A stretch of DNA of 64,000 nucleotides from positions 1,429,775 through 1,493,774 of the forward strand of contig MU053994.1 in the NCBI GenBank assembly GCA_013239625.1, in the 5' to 3' direction. The translations under genes and the position numbers were made by a program. Of this stretch, positions 61,222-64,000 are shown in pieces. The DNA is from Lama guanicoe (lineage: Eukaryota). The notes beneath the pieces are model-generated. The model worked only from the letters and a program-made list of their open reading frames with translations. It was not told the origin of the DNA and did not search any database. How positions within the stretch are numbered: the stretch's first letter is position 1; each line of letters starts with the position of its first letter.

Positions 61222-61439
61222 CCTTAAGTAAAGGGGAAGAGGTTATAGAAGGGATTTGTGTAGGAATTAGGAATCTCAGCCATGAGGCCAAGAACACAGG
61301 ATGAGCTCCCTAGAGGTCCTCCCAGAGACTGGCAAGATCTCTACCACTCTAGGAATTGGGTTATCATAGGGCCTAGTCACCCTTACCATCAGGGCTCTCT
61401 CTCCTCTAGATTTCTGTTTCCATTGTAGTAATTATCTAA

Positions 61440-61787
61440 AACTCAAATATGATCAAGCAACTCCCCTGTCTAGAAGAACCTTCATTTTTATACATGTTCT
61501 TAGATAAAGCCCAGACATCTTAACCTGGCTCACAGAGCCTTTTATGACCTTCTTACCCCTCCATTCCTCTATCCTCATTCCCACTATCATCCACTGGTTC
61601 ACAATAGGGACTCTGGGTTTTCCCCTCCACCACACTCTCCACATTACTATGTATCCCTTGTGCAAACAGCCATATGCCCTGTTGACTGTGAGCTTTATGA
61701 GGACTGGGCCTGTGTTTTTCTCATTTTGTCTCCAGTGTCTGGTACATTTGGTATTCAGTAAACATCAGATGAATGAATAAATGAATG
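61440..61787 (+). mobile_element. L2 3' end
   Basis: 'gactgtgagctttatgaggactggg...tctccagtgtctggtaca...tattcagtaaacat...tgaatgaataaatgaatg'. Confidence 0.8.
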
Positions 61788-61899
61788 GTTTCTTCCTCAG
61801 ATTTGTTACCAGATACAAGAGAAGAGGTGAACTCAGGGGCACAGTGAAGGGGCTGATGGCCCAGGAATCTTCATAGCAACAACACTTAAAAGTAGAAGG

Positions 61900-62572
61900 A
61901 GGCCACAATGAGATACCATGTCACATCCACTAGAATGGCTGTAATAAAAAAGACAGATAATAACAAGGGTTGGCAAAGATGTGGAGAAATTGGAACCCTC
62001 ATACATTGCTGCTACGTAGTCACTTTGGAAAACAGTTTAAAATATCCTCAAAAATTTAAACATAGAGTTACCATATGACCCAGTTATTCCACTCCTAGGT
62101 ATATATCCAAGAGACATGAAAACATATGTTCACACAAAAACCTGCACACAAACAATCATAGCACCATTATTCATAAGAGCCAAAAAGTGGAAATAACCCA
62201 AATATTCATCAGCTGATGAATGGATAAACAAAATGTGGTATATCCATACAATGGAATATTATTCAGCCACAAAAAGGAATGCCACAACATGGATGAACTG
62301 CAAAAACATTATGCTAAGTGAAAGAAACCAGCCACAAAGGCTGCATATTATATGATGCCAGTTATATGAAATGTCAAAAATAGTCACATCTATAGAGATA
62401 GAAAAATCAGAGATTACCAGACACTGCAGAGAAGGGGTCATTGGGAGCAACTGCTAATGGATATGGGACTTCTTCTGCACTGATAAAAACATTCTAAAAT
62501 TAGATAATGATTGTAGTTACATAAATGTAAATATGTGATAACATGTAAATTATATCTAAGTGAAGCTGTTGT
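61900..62572 (+). mobile_element. L1MB-type 3' end (ORF2 C-terminal remnant plus 3' UTR)
   Basis: 'ccacaatgagataccat...ccactagaatggct...gatgtggagaaattggaaccctcatacattgct...catagagttaccatatgaccca'; 10/12 TSD at 61888-61899 and 62573-62584 at a TT/AAAA site. Confidence 0.92.
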
Positions 62573-63872
62573 AAAAGTGGAGGGGAAAGTGCTCAGATCC
62601 CAGAAAAAAGAGTTGGCTCCACATTCAGAACATGCTACCATATCTATAGTGTTATCCTTTATCAACAAAGTGCAGCACTGGAACAACTTGTGTAACAATA
62701 AAAGTCACACTGCATTTATTTATATCCCCACACAGCTTGGAACACAGTGAGTTATAATGAAAATTTTTTGATTTATTGATCTGATAAGACAAATTCCTAA
62801 TTTTCTTTTTTTTCATCAAAAATACTCAATATCTTGAGTATCCAGCACAATTTCATGTACCCCATAACTCAATCTGTTCTTATTGATGAAAATGATGAAT
62901 TCCCTCAAAATGCTAAAATTGTTTTGTTGAAAAACAAAGCAAAGCATAGTCTAAATTCATTTAGGACATCCATTGAAAGAGGCTTGCATTGTTTACAGAT
63001 CTACATCTGCTTTGTACACAAAGAGCTTTTATACCAAGGCCAACTGTTATTGTTTTCCTTCTTTATCGTGGAATCTTTCCTGAATTCATGGCTCTGAGCA
63101 AATACAGTTTAGTGCATAAATGTAGACCAGCAAACTCCCTTTATTTTTGTTGATGTTGTATGATGCTGAAATTCCTATTAACTTTTTCTCCCATCAGTGA
63201 TATTACAGACTAATTCCTATCACTTCTGTAAAGCAAATAAGAAATGGCTTGTGATCAAAAACACTTTACAGAAATAACATAACCAATTCAGAGAAAAGAA
63301 CAATATTGCCATATGTGGATGGAAGCATGAAAACATTTATATTTGAGGGGGGGAGACTAAAGGCTTAATAGAATGAAAAGAAAAGATATAGCAATGTCAA
63401 TCATCTAATGTCTGCTTCTGAATCTGAAAAATGATACTAGGATACAAAAGTTAGAAATTGCTCAGTTGATTTTCATTATACGGGGCCTTAGTGGACTCAC
63501 AAAACCAAACTAGAGCCCACAGCTGGACAGTAGTTTATCAATGGCTTTGGGTCACTTGATCATTTTCCAACTTGATCTCCAGCCCCCGGGGACAGGGGCT
63601 GTCTTCTCTGAGGAGTCTTTCCTCTCTATATCAAAATGATCTTTTCTGGAATTCTATCATTAAAAATTAGTATCTTTAAGTCTTTAAGGGTTTCTATACA
63701 TAGTAGAGTCCCTTATTAAACTAGAAATTGCCTTTGACAGGCTTAGTTGGCAGTCAGTTTGTGCCAAGAGAATTGGAGCTTAGAAATATACAAGACCCCA
63801 GTTGACTTTGCATTAGACAGGGCTTTCCTCTCAGACTCCCAAGCTACCCTGACATCCCTTAGATATGTAGCC

Positions 63873-63886
63873 CCTGCAGGTGGCAC
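63873..63886 (+). promoter_or_regulatory. Candidate CTCF site
   Basis: CCTGCAGGTGGCAC matches 13/14 of CCASYAGRKGGCRS, in apparently unique sequence. Confidence 0.4.
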
Positions 63887-64000
63887 TCACAGTAGTGAGA
63901 GGGAGTTATTTCTGAGGACCCATCTTGCTGGAATTTCCTCAGTCAGACAGTTGTCACAAGTAATAGATGTGACCTGAGTGCTCTGTGATTTGAATAAGGT

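Noticed and set aside
1..64000. Naming the neighbouring gene or locus; CpG island or gene promoter
   Set aside because: No exon or landmark I truly recognise; CpG clusters are only tens to a few hundred bp long.

Overview
Mammalian, most likely camelid (alpaca/llama/camel), non-coding genomic DNA: a gene desert or a very large intron. The taxon call rests on one tRNA-derived Vic-1-like SINE (34929-35010) and cetartiodactyl-type L1 3' ends, with no Alu, B1/B2 or ruminant Bov-A/BovB seen. I cannot support any host protein-coding exon. The only protein similarities I recognise are dead L1 ORF1/ORF2 remnants in a ~4 kb antisense L1 (8310-12310). The window is dominated by old eutherian repeats: about 20 MaLR (MLT1) solo LTRs or fragments, ERVL LTR16/LTR33-like LTRs, L2, MIR, hAT MITEs (MER5, MER58A, MER63A, MER96B, Charlie4a) and MADE2. 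Between them lie repeat-free, homeodomain/TALE/SOX/TCF-motif-rich blocks that look like conserved developmental enhancers. The most unusual structure is a four-level nest at 35230-36810: LTR33-like > MLT1D > a short poly(A)-tailed copy of a sequence only ~830 bp away > a younger ERV1-type LTR with a CCAAT/octamer/TATA promoter. Also notable are a mirror-image compound microsatellite (43856-44002), a run of palindromes in an enhancer-like block (44201-44321) and a perfect 24-bp palindrome (57135-57158). I found no convincing new multi-gene system. Repeat subfamily names are from recalled consensus sequences, and boundaries without a TSD are approximate.
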